NCBI GenBank assembly: GCA_000002975.1
Contig: AF165818.4
Span: 60,001-92,000 of the forward strand
From: Guillardia theta nucleomorph
Lineage: Eukaryota > Protista > Cryptophyta
Direction: 5' to 3'
DNA length: 32,000 nucleotides
The translations under genes and the position numbers were made by a program. The notes under the pieces are model-generated. The model saw nothing but the letters and a program-made list of their open reading frames with translations. It was not told where the DNA came from and did not search any database. Positions 18,386 through 27,383 of the stretch are shown here, piece after piece (the stretch's first letter is position 1; every line of letters starts with the position of its first letter).

Positions 18386-20308
18386 TTGAGATATTTAAAT
18401 TTATTTGACATAATTCAAGGTGTTTTAAATATACAAAAAGAATTTTCTTTAAATAAAAACATTAAAAATTATCAAACTTTAGATTTAAATGAATTATTTA
18501 TTCAGGAGAAATTTTTGTTTAATATTACTATCAAAATGATTATAATTAACTATATAACCGAGACTTATAATATTAAAATAAAAAATCTTTTTATTAAGGA
18601 AATCATAGACAAAAATTTAACTAATGATTCTGACAGATATTTTATAAATATTGCTTTACACATTGATGAAAATTTGATAGATGAGAATTCATTAGTAACT
18701 GCCTCAAAGATTTTTTTTAAAAAAATCAATCTGATCTCTAAGGATAACTTGCATTCAAACGTTGAAACTCATTTAAATTTTTTAACCACATTCAATTTTT
18801 TTACAATCGATTATAGTTTTTTTGAATGCTTTATAACAAATTTAAAGTCTTCATTTGATTTCACAACAGATGTGTTCGGTATTAGTTTTGACGATAAAAA
18901 TTTAATTTCAAAAAATATTAAACTTAGGAGTAATATCATCAAAACTAGTTTGTTTTATTTTAATCAGATATTCAAAAAATGTTTTTTATTTACAGAAGTA
19001 ACAAGTTACCTATTTTTTATTTATCAAAAAAAAATTATTAATTATTCAGACTCTGAAATTAAAGAATTATTATTTCATAAAAAAAGACAAAATTTCTATT
19101 TTAGTAATTTTGATTATGATCTTAAAAATTTAAATAATAGATCTAGAATTTTTTCAAAGCTGAAATTTAGAACATATTTCAGAGATTTATTGGAAAATTT
19201 AGCGAATAAAAATATTTATGTAATCAAATGTATAGTTCTTATTATAATAGAAATTGTTTGGTTTATAGAACTGAACAACTGTAAAAATTTTATAGATTTT
19301 AATCTTATAGGAGCGTTATTTCAATATGTTAAATTATTAAAAAATCAAATTCTACTAACATTTATGTACACATATGCAAAAACAATCATTTTCAATGAAG
19401 TAATTTTTAAGAAAATTCTATCAAAATTTTCTAATTTCTTTTTAAAGATGATTTTTTACACAAATAAAAATCTATGCTATTTATTTTTTTTACAATTTAT
19501 TAGTATGAAAATTAATCAAACCTATTTTAATAATAATGATCATTTTATTAGATTACTAAGTTATTATTTTTCAAAAAATTACTCAATATACTATAAGTTT
19601 ACGAATTTGAAACCATTTTTTTCTCCCTTCCTTTTCCTCAAAATTCATAATTTTTGTTATAATGATTGTATGTTCTATAATCTTAATTTATGTGTAGTTC
19701 TAAAAAATGAAAAAATAATTAAACTCAATGAACCAACTAAAATATCTGTTTTACAAATTATGAAAAGTCTATTAATAAAAAATAATTTTAAAATTTATAC
19801 TATTGATATTAGAAAGAAAGGAACGGATTATTACGAAAATATGATCTATTTTTACATTCATGAATCTGTAAATCTTAAATTTTCGATATCTTCTATTCAA
19901 ATATTAGTAGATAACGGTATTATTTTATTTTCAATTTTCCAAAGAATTCTTTCCTCTTTTAATTATTTTTACAAAAGAAAAAAATTCATGAGATCGCTAT
20001 TGATAGATAATTTCATTTCAAATTTACATAATATCTCTCATTTTTTGATTGAAATTAAATATCGATTTATTTTACAAATTAAAAAAATAACAAAAAAAAA
20101 AAAAAAAATATTATTTTTATTTAGGAATTTTATAAATTTAAATAAAAATATTAAAATAAAAATTAAGAAAGATGTTTTATTTTTTAAAGAAGGATTATCA
20201 TTTTCTCATATTAAGAAGCATTTTCTGTTTGATAATTTTATCTTTAATAAACATAAAATGATAACTTTATTTTGTATTACGAACAGTGCAATTATAGACT
20301 TTATTTAG
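18386..20308 (+). CDS. Hypothetical alpha-helical protein, possibly exportin-T (Los1/XPOT)-like; start uncertain (TTG 18386 or ATG 18536)
   Basis: 640-codon ORF. EKFLFN...YITETY...YFINIALHIDENLID and FRTYFRDLLENLAN resemble exportin-T segments by eye. Confidence 0.5.
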   Translation: MRYLNLFDIIQGVLNIQKEFSLNKNIKNYQTLDLNELFIQEKFLFNITIKMIIINYITETYNIKIKNLFIKEIIDKNLTNDSDRYFINIALHIDENLIDENSLVTASKIFFKKINLISKDNLHSNVETHLNFLTTFNFFTIDYSFFECFITNLKSSFDFTTDVFGISFDDKNLISKNIKLRSNIIKTSLFYFNQIFKKCFLFTEVTSYLFFIYQKKIINYSDSEIKELLFHKKRQNFYFSNFDYDLKNLNNRSRIFSKLKFRTYFRDLLENLANKNIYVIKCIVLIIIEIVWFIELNNCKNFIDFNLIGALFQYVKLLKNQILLTFMYTYAKTIIFNEVIFKKILSKFSNFFLKMIFYTNKNLCYLFFLQFISMKINQTYFNNNDHFIRLLSYYFSKNYSIYYKFTNLKPFFSPFLFLKIHNFCYNDCMFYNLNLCVVLKNEKIIKLNEPTKISVLQIMKSLLIKNNFKIYTIDIRKKGTDYYENMIYFYIHESVNLKFSISSIQILVDNGIILFSIFQRILSSFNYFYKRKKFMRSLLIDNFISNLHNISHFLIEIKYRFILQIKKITKKKKKILFLFRNFINLNKNIKIKIKKDVLFFKEGLSFSHIKKHFLFDNFIFNKHKMITLFCITNSAIIDFI

Positions 20309-20398
20309 CTGTAGAACTTTTAATTTTTTAATTACATGGGTGATTTCTCGGATATTAATAAAATTTTAAAATAATTACATTAAATAATAATTGTAAAT

Positions 20399-21320
20399 AT
20401 GGTAAAAATTGTCAGCAAACTTCTTGGATGTGATTATAAAAATTTTTTTAAAATAAATTCATTTCCTAATTTTTTGTTATACGGTTCGTCGGGGACAGGT
20501 AAAACTTTCACTGGTAAGTATTGATATTCATTTTTAAGAGATATGTAAATCACAATCTTTAGTTGAAAATTTTTTAAAAACAGCAAGAAACAAAAATATA
20601 ATTTCTAGAATTTTGAAATTAAATGCCTCTCAAAATAACAGTATCAGTATAATTAGAAATAAAATAAAAATATTTTGTAGATCTTCAATTCAATCAAAAA
20701 AACTTAAAGTTGTTGTTATTGATGAAGCTGATTTATTATCAGTTATATCGCAGGAGGCATTAAGAAGAATTATTGAAAAATTTAGTTTATCATCAAGATT
20801 TATCTTAATTTGTAATTATCCAACAAGAATAATTGAACCATTACAAAGTAGATTTATTTTATTTAAAATTGAAAATTTGAATTTCGAAAATATAATTAAA
20901 TTAATAAAATTTTACATTTTAAAAAAAAATATTTGTTATAAATTAGATTTTATTGAGAATGACATACATTCAACTAATGGAGACAAAAGAAAGTTAAAAA
21001 ATTGCTTGAAATTAGATTTAAATCGTATTTTTATGCATTTTAACTCTAATCGAAATTTTATCATCAATGATTTCAATTATAGATATTTATTGGAATTACA
21101 TGACAAAAATATCGATAAAGAAATTATCGATGATTATTTATTAAATTTTTTTATTAAACGTGAGTTATTGAAGAATATTTCTGAAAATATTTTAGAATAT
21201 GAAATAGATTTAGATTATAAAATAAAATTTCTTAGATATATAAGTTATAAAAGATTTAATAAACATTTTAAAAGTGCAGTGATAAAAAATTATTTTCAAC
21301 CGGGGACTCCTGGGAATTGA
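20399..21320 (+). CDS. rfc2: Replication factor C small subunit; two exons (20399-20513, 20563-21320), 290 aa
   Basis: Exon 1 gives FPNFLLYGSSGTGKT (Walker A). Splicing joins it in frame to LKLNAS, VVVIDEAD, QEALRRIIE, RFILICNY, IIEPLQSR. Confidence 0.93.
20514..20562 (+). other. 49-nt spliceosomal intron in rfc2 (phase 1)
   Basis: GTAAGTAT...CAATCTTTAG. Removal gives G|TT (Val) and restores the reading frame. Confidence 0.92.
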
Positions 21321-21373
21321 ACCCAGAATCTCTCGTACCCGAAACGAGAATCTTACCATTAGACCAAAGTCCC
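21302..21373 (-). tRNA. trnP: tRNA-Pro (anticodon CGG)
   Basis: GGGACTTTGGTCTAATGGTAAGATTCTCGTTT-CGG-GTACGAGAGATTCTGGGTTCAATTCCCAGGAGTCCCC: 72-nt cloverleaf. Confidence 0.97.
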
Positions 21374-22048
21374 ATGTTGTTATTAATAAACAATTTTAAA
21401 AAGAGTAAAAAATTATTTAAATTAAGTAAAGAACTTTTTCATGTTTTTCCTGGAAAAATTATTACTTCAATAAGATTAATTGAAAAAATTATTACTAAAT
21501 ATCCTAACCTGTGTAAATTTTTGAATATTCAAACAATTTTTTTTTTTTCTTGCAAAAAAATTTCTTTCTTTTTTTCAATTATTAAGCCAACAACAGGTTT
21601 AATAATTATTTTTGAGGTTTTTAATTTTTCTCTAGGAATTGAAATCCATCGTAATAATTTTTCAAAAAAAAAAAACAAAAATATTTTTTTGATATTCAGC
21701 AATTCGATTAACAACCAAGTAGAAGGAAGATTGTTACACAACGTTTTCAACGAAACTTTCCCTTTTTCTGAATACGATTTTTTGTACTGCCTGACCAAAT
21801 CAAAGTTGTTGTTTCTTAATTACTTTGAGTATGATTTACTTAAACATTCATATGAATTTCGCAGCTATATTGTTCAGGTGTCATATCTAAATATTTCAAG
21901 AAAAATAAGAAAAAATAACTCAAAAAACCTTCTCATAAAACATGAATCAAAATTGGATTTAACTCATAAAATTCAAGGAAAAAACTTTTTGATTAGAAGT
22001 TCCGAAAATGGACCCAAATTAAGTTTAAAATTAGTAATTGTTAAATAA
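21374..22048 (+). CDS. Brix-domain ribosome biogenesis protein, Ssf1/Peter Pan-like
   Basis: YEFRSYIVQV..LNISRKIRK (Ssf1 FRHYxI...GxSR) and terminal IRSSENGPKLSLKLV (Brix ExGPRxxLxL). ATG at 21374; the track's extension is tRNA antisense. Confidence 0.7.
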   Translation: MLLLINNFKKSKKLFKLSKELFHVFPGKIITSIRLIEKIITKYPNLCKFLNIQTIFFFSCKKISFFFSIIKPTTGLIIIFEVFNFSLGIEIHRNNFSKKKNKNIFLIFSNSINNQVEGRLLHNVFNETFPFSEYDFLYCLTKSKLLFLNYFEYDLLKHSYEFRSYIVQVSYLNISRKIRKNNSKNLLIKHESKLDLTHKIQGKNFLIRSSENGPKLSLKLVIVK

Positions 22049-22058
22049 GAACCTAATA

Positions 22059-23657
22059 TCATAGATCTACATCGAAATTTAATGATGGTTGTATCCTGAA
22101 AGTTTTCACTTTGGATTGTCCTTCTTGTTCAGCAATATCCTTATCGTTGACAATTGAAAAATTCAAAACATGAGGCCCATGAGAGTAAGAAGATACCAAT
22201 TGAAAATTACCAAAGCCTCTTAACCTAGCAGCTGCAGTTAATCCGAATCCTACAATCATTCCTGTTTGTTTGAACGAGGAATTTTTAACTGATCTATTAA
22301 TTTTATTCAATGATAAAAGTTTATAAACAGGAGAATCGTTGAATTTTTGAGCAAAATCTGTCAATACTTGTTCCAATTCAATTAAAGCATTATTGATGTT
22401 AAGATTCAGTTCAGGTATTCTAAGATCTTTTGAGTTAATTACAAACCAGTCTTTAACTTTTTGAATTAATTTAGTTTTTTCAATTTCAAAATCATTATCA
22501 CTTTTTGATACAATGTCAATTAAAACATCTTTAAATTTATCTAATGCCTGAGTTTGTAACATTAGTAATTGTTTTGTAAATAGTTTTATTATTTTTTTAT
22601 AAATAGATTCAGATAGGTTTTCTGATTTTTGAATCATATAGTTGTTACAAGAAGAATTATTTGTTTCAAAATTAAATTCTTTGTTGAGTTTTTCAATAAA
22701 TTCTTTAACATTATCACCAAAATTCTTTATGTAATTTCCGCTATTAACAATTTTAGACCAGTTGTTTAATATTTCATAGCCTGTAGAAAGTAATTTATAA
22801 TATGTTTTATCAATATTTATTTCATATACAATTTCCTTTGATAAATTTTCTAAAAATTTGTCATCAATAAAAAAAACATTTTGAGAAAAATTATACAGTT
22901 TAGTCAATCTTTCTTTATCTAATTCGAGTAATGTTGATTTATTATTTAGCCGATATTTATTTTTGTTTGACAAATTAATTTCTGTAATATTTTTATCATT
23001 AAATTTAATTTTATCTGAATTATCGTCAACGTTTGTAAAAATAAATTTAAAACAAAAACATTCTAGAAATAAATCTTTATCTTCGATAGAAAATTCAAAT
23101 AAACTAAATGATTGATTAAATAAATCTAACATAGAATCCATTAAAAAATTTTTTATATCATGTTCACTCATAGAAGATTCTTTGATATTTATTAACATAC
23201 CAATTTTAATATCATTCGATTTATTTTGATGTAATTCATAAATTTTAAATGTAAAAATATATTTAATAATGAAAAAAAAATCTGAATTAAAAACTTTGTT
23301 ACCGATTAATTCCGATCGAATTAAAATTGTGTCAGTGACACCTAATAAAAAATTTAAATTTTGAATAAATTCTATTTGAACATTATCAAAAATTAAACTC
23401 AAATCAATCAATGATTTACTAAAAATAGTAGAATATATACTATTTTTTACGCAAATTTGATTTATATTATCATTATAAAAGTTACCATCGGATTTTTTTG
23501 AGTTTTTATAAAAAGATTTATTCGGGCAAACAATTTCAGATAAGATTTGGCTTTTAGAATTTATAGTTTTTTCTTTTAAAAGAACATTAGTAAAACTTGA
23601 AAATTGTGTATTACCATCGTTGGCATTCATAATTGAATAATATTGAGATTTATCCAT
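22059..23657 (-). CDS. Conserved 532-aa protein (ORF532/PPP1-like); Sey1/RHD3-derived body with a distinct C-terminal domain
   Basis: Compositionally conserved C-terminus (GFGNFQLVSSYSHGPH...RIQPSLNFDVDL). The body is collinear by eye with the RHD3/Sey1 GTPase remnant and stalk. Confidence 0.6.
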   Translation of the reverse strand: MDKSQYYSIMNANDGNTQFSSFTNVLLKEKTINSKSQILSEIVCPNKSFYKNSKKSDGNFYNDNINQICVKNSIYSTIFSKSLIDLSLIFDNVQIEFIQNLNFLLGVTDTILIRSELIGNKVFNSDFFFIIKYIFTFKIYELHQNKSNDIKIGMLINIKESSMSEHDIKNFLMDSMLDLFNQSFSLFEFSIEDKDLFLECFCFKFIFTNVDDNSDKIKFNDKNITEINLSNKNKYRLNNKSTLLELDKERLTKLYNFSQNVFFIDDKFLENLSKEIVYEINIDKTYYKLLSTGYEILNNWSKIVNSGNYIKNFGDNVKEFIEKLNKEFNFETNNSSCNNYMIQKSENLSESIYKKIIKLFTKQLLMLQTQALDKFKDVLIDIVSKSDNDFEIEKTKLIQKVKDWFVINSKDLRIPELNLNINNALIELEQVLTDFAQKFNDSPVYKLLSLNKINRSVKNSSFKQTGMIVGFGLTAAARLRGFGNFQLVSSYSHGPHVLNFSIVNDKDIAEQEGQSKVKTFRIQPSLNFDVDL

Positions 23658-23692
23658 AGGTCAATATTTCTAATTGGAGAAGTACAGGTACA

Positions 23693-24694
23693 ATGTTGTT
23701 TGATTTTGGAATTAGAGAGAAAATTTATCTATCAATAGTGTCAAAAAAAAAAATTAAACTCGTTAAAAAGAAAAATATTGAAAAAATTAAAAATTTCGAG
23801 TTAAATCTATTATCTCTTTTAGATAATTTAACAGAAAATTCGGTAATTGAAATAAATGAATTTGGAAACATAATTATTATTGATCCAGGTTTGTTAAAAT
23901 GCGGTTACTATTCTCACATTTGTAATGAAGAAAAATCCATTAACTATTATTTAGAGTTTATTTGTTACATTTTACCTTTATTTGATTCTTATCTTGAACT
24001 GAATTTTATCGGTTCTTTAAATTCTAGCACAGATCTGTCTTTAGAAATAATGAGATACATGATTATGCCCCTAATTAGAAAATTTTTTTCAGATGAGATT
24101 AGACTAAAACTAATTAACAACAAGGATAAAATTTCAAGATTATTATTATTATTTTTTTTTAAAAACAAAAAAAGTTTTAGTTTTCATGATACTAGTCAAA
24201 TAGAATCAATTAGAATGATTCTTTCATATTCATCTTTTAGCTCTCAAAATTTTTGTAAAGATTTGTATAAGTCTCGTGTTAAATTTTTCGGAAAAAATTA
24301 TAATTTTAAAATTTTCGAAAATTATTTTTCAAAAAGTCAGTGTTTTTTTTATTCATTAACAATAATTGGACTAAGAAAAAACGGAGACGTTGCGTGTGAA
24401 TCTCAAGTAACAAACAAAAAATTGAATTTTAAAAATTTAGAAAAGTTTATTATTTTATTGTCTAATAAATTTAAAAAGCAATATTTATTGGAAAATAATA
24501 TTGACGACAATAACCAGATTTTATTTTTAATATTTTTATTAAATTCAAAAGACAATTTAATTAAAAAAATTTTGATAAATAATTTTACAATTAGGTCAGT
24601 TAGATTTATAAGAATTGCAAATCAAATTTTAAATATTAAATTTAGCATAAAAGTAATTTCGAAGAAAAATAAGATAATAATTAATTATAACTAA
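23693..24694 (+). CDS. rcl1: RNA 3'-terminal phosphate cyclase-like protein RCL1
   Basis: FELNLLSLLDNLTENSVIEINEFG.IIIIDPGLL..G..SHIC...SINYYLE matches the RCL1 N-terminus. Confidence 0.88.
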   Translation: MLFDFGIREKIYLSIVSKKKIKLVKKKNIEKIKNFELNLLSLLDNLTENSVIEINEFGNIIIIDPGLLKCGYYSHICNEEKSINYYLEFICYILPLFDSYLELNFIGSLNSSTDLSLEIMRYMIMPLIRKFFSDEIRLKLINNKDKISRLLLLFFFKNKKSFSFHDTSQIESIRMILSYSSFSSQNFCKDLYKSRVKFFGKNYNFKIFENYFSKSQCFFYSLTIIGLRKNGDVACESQVTNKKLNFKNLEKFIILLSNKFKKQYLLENNIDDNNQILFLIFLLNSKDNLIKKILINNFTIRSVRFIRIANQILNIKFSIKVISKKNKIIINYN

Positions 24695-26309
24695 AAAAAG
24701 TTACATCTTTTCCAAAGCTATTTCTTGTATTTTCTTCATCATTTAAAGTAGATCTAGTTTTCATATTATCCAGAGTTAAGACAAGATTTGATTCATTAAT
24801 AAATGGAAGAATTACAACTCCCTCCCATAAATTTTTTTTTCCATTCATGTCTATTTTATACTCTAGAGGATAATAATCAATAACAGGAGAATCTTTTTTA
24901 ACCATAAGTCTTGAGAACGATATGGGCAAGAGGTTTCTTGAATTAGGGGGTAACACTGCTAAGAGTTGAACAAGTGGTTCAAATGGCTTACCCTTTTTAA
25001 ATTTGATTTTAATTTTTTTCAAAGATTTTAGATCTGAAGCTAGTGGTGCATAGTATTCTGGATAAAACCAATTCCAAGACGGACATCCTTTATGATAATA
25101 GTATAAACACCAATGTAGCCCTTCGATGTAGGTTTGTATCAAATCATTTATTCTTTCTTTATTATTTGAAACGGAACAATTTAATTTTTTCACGTAATAC
25201 TCCATTTTATAATCATTTGAACATAGATTATTTTCAATATCATTACCTTTATTTAAGAAATACAACTCTTCTGATTCAACTGAGAGTTTCTCGAAAAATA
25301 ATTCTGCTCTTCCAACATGAATTTTTGACTTATTTGTTAAATAACCATGTATATGTTTTTGAATTTCTTTGTATGATCTAACTAAAAGATTTAGACCACC
25401 GTATCCAATGTCTAAATGAGGAATGCCTGGAAGAAAATCATTTCCAATTAACATGCACATAAATACAAAATCATCAACAATTCTTTCCATATTATAATCT
25501 TGGTCCAGGAATTCCCTTGGTCTAAATTCTAAATATAACATTTCTCTCAACAAAGATATTTCAAGCAAATGGAAATCGTCAGAAGGTGATTTTTCAAACT
25601 CATAATTATATCCTTCTTTTACATTTGAAGTTCCTTTCCATGCTAATTTTTCTCTTAAAAGTGTAAAATTTTTTTCATGAGATACTAATCCTAACATAAT
25701 TAAGTCTGCATCTAAACCATAAAGACAATGTGATAATATCAAATCAGGATTATTTTTTAAATTTTTTAACTTTCGAATAAAATTCATTATTTTATGTTCT
25801 CCTTCTCCGGGAACTTCAGCCCCACTAAAAATGATATCACATCCAGTTTGCCATTCGATGTCAGTTTTAATTTTTTTTTCAAGCCAAATTTTAAAAGCAT
25901 ATGAAAGTTCTGCCATGAAAGATGTACCAGGTGTAATACAGTTAGAATCTAAAGTTAAATTTAATCTATTTCTATGATCAAAGTCACTTTTCTTTTCATT
26001 ATCTTTTATAGCTCTGAATCTTCGTGAACGTTGCTGATTCATTTTTGCTCTGGGTGCAACACCATCTATTGCCAAATATAATAATTTTTTAGGGTGAATT
26101 ATAGTGTAGAGATACTCAGTATAGTCAAAAATTTTTTGAAATAAGATATCTTTATTAAAATTTTGTTCGGACGCTATTTTTTGAAAACAAGTGTGAATTA
26201 TACCATTCATATCAAGGTAAAAACAATCGAATTCACTTTTTTCAAATATTTTTTGATTTATAAGAGGATAACGTTCTGATAGCCATCTAAAAAATTTTGG
26301 TACACCCAT
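24681..26309 (-). CDS. xrn1: 5'-3' exoribonuclease, XRN family, catalytic core only (XRN1-like N-terminus)
   Basis: MGVPKFFRWLSERYP, YLDMNGIIH, AIDGVAPRAKMNQQRSRRF, DSNCITPGT, VPGEGEHKI, YGLDADLIMLGL, GNDFLP, SWNWFYP..YAP, QLLAVLP. Confidence 0.93.
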   Translation of the reverse strand: MGVPKFFRWLSERYPLINQKIFEKSEFDCFYLDMNGIIHTCFQKIASEQNFNKDILFQKIFDYTEYLYTIIHPKKLLYLAIDGVAPRAKMNQQRSRRFRAIKDNEKKSDFDHRNRLNLTLDSNCITPGTSFMAELSYAFKIWLEKKIKTDIEWQTGCDIIFSGAEVPGEGEHKIMNFIRKLKNLKNNPDLILSHCLYGLDADLIMLGLVSHEKNFTLLREKLAWKGTSNVKEGYNYEFEKSPSDDFHLLEISLLREMLYLEFRPREFLDQDYNMERIVDDFVFMCMLIGNDFLPGIPHLDIGYGGLNLLVRSYKEIQKHIHGYLTNKSKIHVGRAELFFEKLSVESEELYFLNKGNDIENNLCSNDYKMEYYVKKLNCSVSNNKERINDLIQTYIEGLHWCLYYYHKGCPSWNWFYPEYYAPLASDLKSLKKIKIKFKKGKPFEPLVQLLAVLPPNSRNLLPISFSRLMVKKDSPVIDYYPLEYKIDMNGKKNLWEGVVILPFINESNLVLTLDNMKTRSTLNDEENTRNSFGKDVTFFSYN

Positions 26310-26359
26310 TATATATTTTTAATTTAAATATATATTTATTGATATCTGAAAATTGTAAT

Positions 26360-27352
26360 ATGAATTGTAATCATACATTCACTTTATTCATTATAGGAAT
26401 GGCAGGAAGTGGGAAATCAACACTTGTGAATAATTTAAGTAAAGAATTTTCAAACAATAATCATAAAAATTTTATCATAAATTTAGATCCTGCCTCTAAA
26501 AATCTTAATTATATTCCAAACATTGACATCAGAGATACTGTAGATTACAAGAAAGTTATGAGAATCTACAATTTGGGACCTAACGGTGCTATTATGGCAT
26601 CATTAAATTTATTTTCTACACGGTTTGATCAAATCCAAAAAATAATAAAAAAAAATTCTTCGAAAATTGAATTTATAATAATTGATACTCCTGGTCAACT
26701 AGAAGTATTTACTTGGAGTGCTTCTGGATCTATTATTACCGAATGCTTTCTTTCGAACTCACCAGTTTTGATACTTTATGTTATAGATTTATCAAAAATT
26801 TTAAATCCAATTAATTTTACGACTAATATACTCTATTCTTGTAGTACTTTATATAAAACAAAAATCCCTTCCTTGACATTGGTAAACAAAATCGATATAA
26901 CATCGATTGACTTTTTTATCGAATGGTATTGTGATTCTAATAATCTTGATACTTCATTTCAAGAAAATGGATTATTTATTGAAAGTTTTAGGAGATCTTT
27001 GTCTTTAGTTTTAGATTCATTTAATCAAAAAATAATTTACATCGGTATTAGTTCACTTAAAAATATTGGTCTAACAAAAATAAACAATTATATTAACAAA
27101 CTTAAACTTGAATTTGAATTTTTCTTTCAGAAAGAGCTTGAAAAAAGTGTGAAAAAAAATTTTAAAGATTTAATTTGTAAAAATAAAATTGATAGGAAAT
27201 TAGTTGCTCACAAAAGAAATTCTTTTAATATAAATTCAAATCTATTGTCAGAAAAAAAGGAATATTATTTAATTTTAGAATATTTACTTCATTTAAAATA
27301 CGAAAAAGATCTAGTTAAAGATCTAAATTTTGTGGCCATTGAAAGTGTATAA
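26360..27352 (+). CDS. gpn1: GPN-loop GTPase 1 (Npa3/XAB1)
   Basis: GMAGSGKST, NLDPA, IDIRDTVDYK.VM..YNLGPNGAI..SLNLF, DTPGQLEVFTWSASG, NKID. ATG at 26360. Confidence 0.95.
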   Translation: MNCNHTFTLFIIGMAGSGKSTLVNNLSKEFSNNNHKNFIINLDPASKNLNYIPNIDIRDTVDYKKVMRIYNLGPNGAIMASLNLFSTRFDQIQKIIKKNSSKIEFIIIDTPGQLEVFTWSASGSIITECFLSNSPVLILYVIDLSKILNPINFTTNILYSCSTLYKTKIPSLTLVNKIDITSIDFFIEWYCDSNNLDTSFQENGLFIESFRRSLSLVLDSFNQKIIYIGISSLKNIGLTKINNYINKLKLEFEFFFQKELEKSVKKNFKDLICKNKIDRKLVAHKRNSFNINSNLLSEKKEYYLILEYLLHLKYEKDLVKDLNFVAIESV

Positions 27353-27383
27353 ACAATTATATATTTTATTTGATATTTTATTA

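Noticed and set aside
20309-20398. 90-nt spacer with a mini-ORF (MGDFSDINKILK) and TWVISR, faintly like the RFC PWVEKYRP box
   Set aside because: No splice sites join it to rfc2 and no convincing RNA fold or box motifs were seen.
3256-24694. bms1, kre33 and rcl1 (interacting SSU processome factors) as a functional gene cluster
   Set aside because: They are not adjacent, and ribosome-biogenesis genes make up a large share of nucleomorph genomes, so co-occurrence is expected.
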